DNA of 64,000 nucleotides from an uncultured Alphaproteobacteria bacterium (GTDB lineage Bacteria; Pseudomonadota; Alphaproteobacteria; Rs-D84; CACZYB01): NCBI GenBank assembly GCA_944390685.1, contig CALXQL010000006.1, positions 24,108 to 88,107 of the forward strand, read 5' to 3'. Shown piece by piece: positions 61,885 to 64,000 of this stretch (position 1 is its first letter; each line of letters starts with the position of its first letter). The notes under the pieces were generated by a model. It saw only the letters and a program-made list of their open reading frames with translations, ran no database searches and was not told where the DNA came from. The position numbers and the translations under genes were made by a program.

Positions 61885-62826
61885 TTATAAATTATTTAAG
61901 TATTCATCAATTGTTTCAAGTGTGTTAAGTGGAGTTGAGTTTGCCTTATCTGTGCAACGTTTTACAAGTCCAGAAAGAACATTACCACTTCCTATTTCAA
62001 CAAAACTATCAACACCCTTTGAAAGCATAAAATCAACACACTCTCTAAAACGAACACCATTTACCATTTGTTCACTTAAATGTAATTTTATTTCAACAGG
62101 GTCAATATCTATATTTGCTGTTCTATTTGATACAAATGGAACAATTGGTGCATTTAATTCAATTTCAGCCAATGCATCTTCCATAATTTTTTTTGCACTT
62201 GACATAAGTGGACAATGGGCAGGTATACTTACAGGAAGTATAACACATTTTTTTGCACCCATTTCCTTTGCAATATTTGAAGCATTTTCAACAGCTTGTT
62301 TCATACCACTTACAACAATTTGTCCTGGGCAATTATCATTTGCAACTGATACTTTTGCTTCATCTGTAGAAGCTTTTTCTACTACTTGTTTTACTTGATC
62401 TATATCAAGTCCAATTATTGCCATCATAGCACCACTTCCTTGTGGAACTGCTTCTGCCATGGCTTTTGATCTTGCTTGCAATAATCTTGCACCAGTTGAT
62501 AATGGCATAGCTCTGCTTGCAACCAATGCACTATATTCTCCTAAAGAATGTCCGCAAACAAAATCACATAATTCATTTATAGGTTTGCCACTTTTGGCTT
62601 CTAATACTCTTAAAACAGCAATACTCATAGTCATAAGAGCAACTTGTGTATTTTCTGTTTTATTTAATAAATCAGCATCTTCTCCAAATATGATGCTTGA
62701 TAACCTATAAGACAAGGCGGAATCAACTTCATCAAAGACTTCTTTTGCCTCTGGAAAATTTTCATATAAGTCCAATCCCATTTTTAATTTTTGGGAACCT
62801 TGCCCTGGGAATAAAAACGCTTTCAT
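61885..62826 (-). CDS. fabD: Malonyl-CoA:ACP transacylase
   Basis: FPGQGSQ and GHSLGEYSAL (active-site Ser). Confidence 0.9.
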   Translation of the reverse strand: MKAFLFPGQGSQKLKMGLDLYENFPEAKEVFDEVDSALSYRLSSIIFGEDADLLNKTENTQVALMTMSIAVLRVLEAKSGKPINELCDFVCGHSLGEYSALVASRAMPLSTGARLLQARSKAMAEAVPQGSGAMMAIIGLDIDQVKQVVEKASTDEAKVSVANDNCPGQIVVSGMKQAVENASNIAKEMGAKKCVILPVSIPAHCPLMSSAKKIMEDALAEIELNAPIVPFVSNRTANIDIDPVEIKLHLSEQMVNGVRFRECVDFMLSKGVDSFVEIGSGNVLSGLVKRCTDKANSTPLNTLETIDEYLNNL

Positions 62827-62853
62827 AATTATAATTCCTTTCTTCTTTGTTTG

Positions 62854-64000
62854 TTATAAAAATTCTTTACCATTCATATATGGTCGTAATTTTTCAGGTA
62901 TTCTAACCTTTCCATCACTTGTTTGATGATTTTCCAAAAATGGTGCCAAAATTCTTGGTGTTGCAATACCTGTATTATTCAATGTATAGCAATATTTAAC
63001 CTTATTTGTGCCATTTTCCCTATATCTTATATTAGCCCTTCTTGCTTGCCAATCCAATAGGCTTGAACAACTATGTGTTTCCCTATATTTATTTTGTGAT
63101 GGAGTCCAAGCTTCTAAATCATTCATTTGATATTTACCAGCGCCCATATCTCCAGTGCAACAGTCAATCACTTGATAAGGGAGTTCCAAATCTTGTAATA
63201 TTTCTTCTGCACTTTCCAATAAAATTTTATACCATTTATCGTTTTCTATTAAATCAGCTTTACATATTACATATTGTTCAACTTTCATAAATTGATGAAG
63301 TCTTATTAATCCCCTTACATCTTTTCCAGCGGAGCCGGCTTCCCTTCTAAAACATGGGGAATATCCTGCATATAATATTGGAAGTTGAGATTCTTCTAAT
63401 ATTTCATCTTTATGTAATGAAGTTAAAACTATTTCCGCAGTACCTGATAGATACATATTATCCTTTTCAAGATAGTATACATCATCCCTTCCATATGGAA
63501 AATGGCCTGTTCCAAATAGAGCATCTTCATTTACAAATGATGGAACGGTTATCATTGTAAATCCCTTGGAGGTTAATTTATCCATCACATAAAGATGTAA
63601 TGCGATTTCCAAACGAGATGCCGCCCCCTTTAAAGTATAAGAACGAGAACCACATACCTTTGAAACTCTTTTAAAATCAGCCCAATTATTCATTTCCAAT
63701 ATATCATAATGATCACGAGGGGTGAAATCAAATTTACGAGGTGTTCCAACCTTTCTTATCACTACATTACAACTGTCATCTTTTCCAACTGGAACCCCGT
63801 CTCTATATATATTTGGAATACGCCAAAGCATGTCATCATATTGAGGTTTTTTAGTTGCTAATTCCTCCTCATATATACTTATCTTTTCACCAATTGTTTT
63901 TGATGTTTCAATTGCTGTTTGTTTTTCATTATCTTTTAATGTAGGAATTTGTGATGTGATTTTATTTTTTTCTTCCCTTAAATCTTGAAGTTTTTTATTG
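62854..64000 (-). CDS. serS: Serine--tRNA ligase (N-terminal part runs off the window end)
   Basis: Class II core FRREAGSAG and GYSPCFR. The minus-strand frame stays open past 63831 through a coiled-coil N-domain (..KKLQDLREEKNKITSQIPTLKDNEKQ..) to position 64000. Confidence 0.9.
   Translation of the reverse strand, partial: NKKLQDLREEKNKITSQIPTLKDNEKQTAIETSKTIGEKISIYEEELATKKPQYDDMLWRIPNIYRDGVPVGKDDSCNVVIRKVGTPRKFDFTPRDHYDILEMNNWADFKRVSKVCGSRSYTLKGAASRLEIALHLYVMDKLTSKGFTMITVPSFVNEDALFGTGHFPYGRDDVYYLEKDNMYLSGTAEIVLTSLHKDEILEESQLPILYAGYSPCFRREAGSAGKDVRGLIRLHQFMKVEQYVICKADLIENDKWYKILLESAEEILQDLELPYQVIDCCTGDMGAGKYQMNDLEAWTPSQNKYRETHSCSSLLDWQARRANIRYRENGTNKVKYCYTLNNTGIATPRILAPFLENHQTSDGKVRIPEKLRPYMNGKEFL

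Noticed and set aside
1-64000. CRISPR arrays, rRNA genes, intact prophage
   Set aside because: No regularly spaced direct repeats were seen. No long GC-rich rRNA-like blocks are present. No capsid, terminase or tail gene signatures were found. The only mobile-element signal is the decayed island at tRNA-Val.

Overview
This is a 64 kb, very AT-rich chromosomal segment from a Gram-negative bacterium with a reduced, host-associated-looking genome. It carries Tol/Mla/AsmA/MsbA envelope genes, and the rpsF-rpsR-rplI and tilS-ftsH gene orders suggest an alphaproteobacterium. This lineage assignment is inference only.

Most of the window is densely packed housekeeping genes:
- Translation and RNA modification: def-fmt-truA-yggU, rpsF-rpsR-rplI, rsmA, infC, tilS, rpsA, rluC-like, trpS-argS, serS.
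- Replication and repair: parE-type topoisomerase B subunit, dut, family-4 UDG, rmuC, dprA.
- Envelope: ftsH, msbA-like ABC exporter, asmA-family protein, mlaA, tolB, a porin-like outer-membrane protein, alr, a tandem MurE-MurE ligase.
- Metabolism: pgi, maltokinase-like gene plus malQ, fabD-fabG, acpP, plsY, LOG, Gfo/Idh/MocA oxidoreductase, peptidase U32.
- Three tRNAs on the minus strand: Val-TAC, Ser-GCT, Cys-GCA.

The main accessory feature is a roughly 4.6 kb decayed integrated element on the 3' side of tRNA-Val (about 3126..7806). It contains:
- an OLD-family (PARIS/Gabija-like) ATPase-Toprim nuclease gene split by a frameshift at an A7 tract;
- a possible remnant of an HUH rolling-circle Rep gene;
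- a roughly 130 bp GC-rich palindromic structured element;
- a multiply frameshifted serine recombinase with a zinc-ribbon domain next to the tRNA.

Other unusual features:
- a head-to-tail fusion of two full-length MurE-type ligase modules;
- a lineage-specific family of three secreted proteins that share a conserved Cys-containing module;
- two adjacent secreted proteins with eukaryote-like CxxCPAGxY cysteine repeats and a glycine-rich domain;
- a small protein with a Cys/His-rich tail;
- orphan Cys-rich genes next to tRNA-Ser.

No CRISPR array, no rRNA, and no intact prophage were seen.
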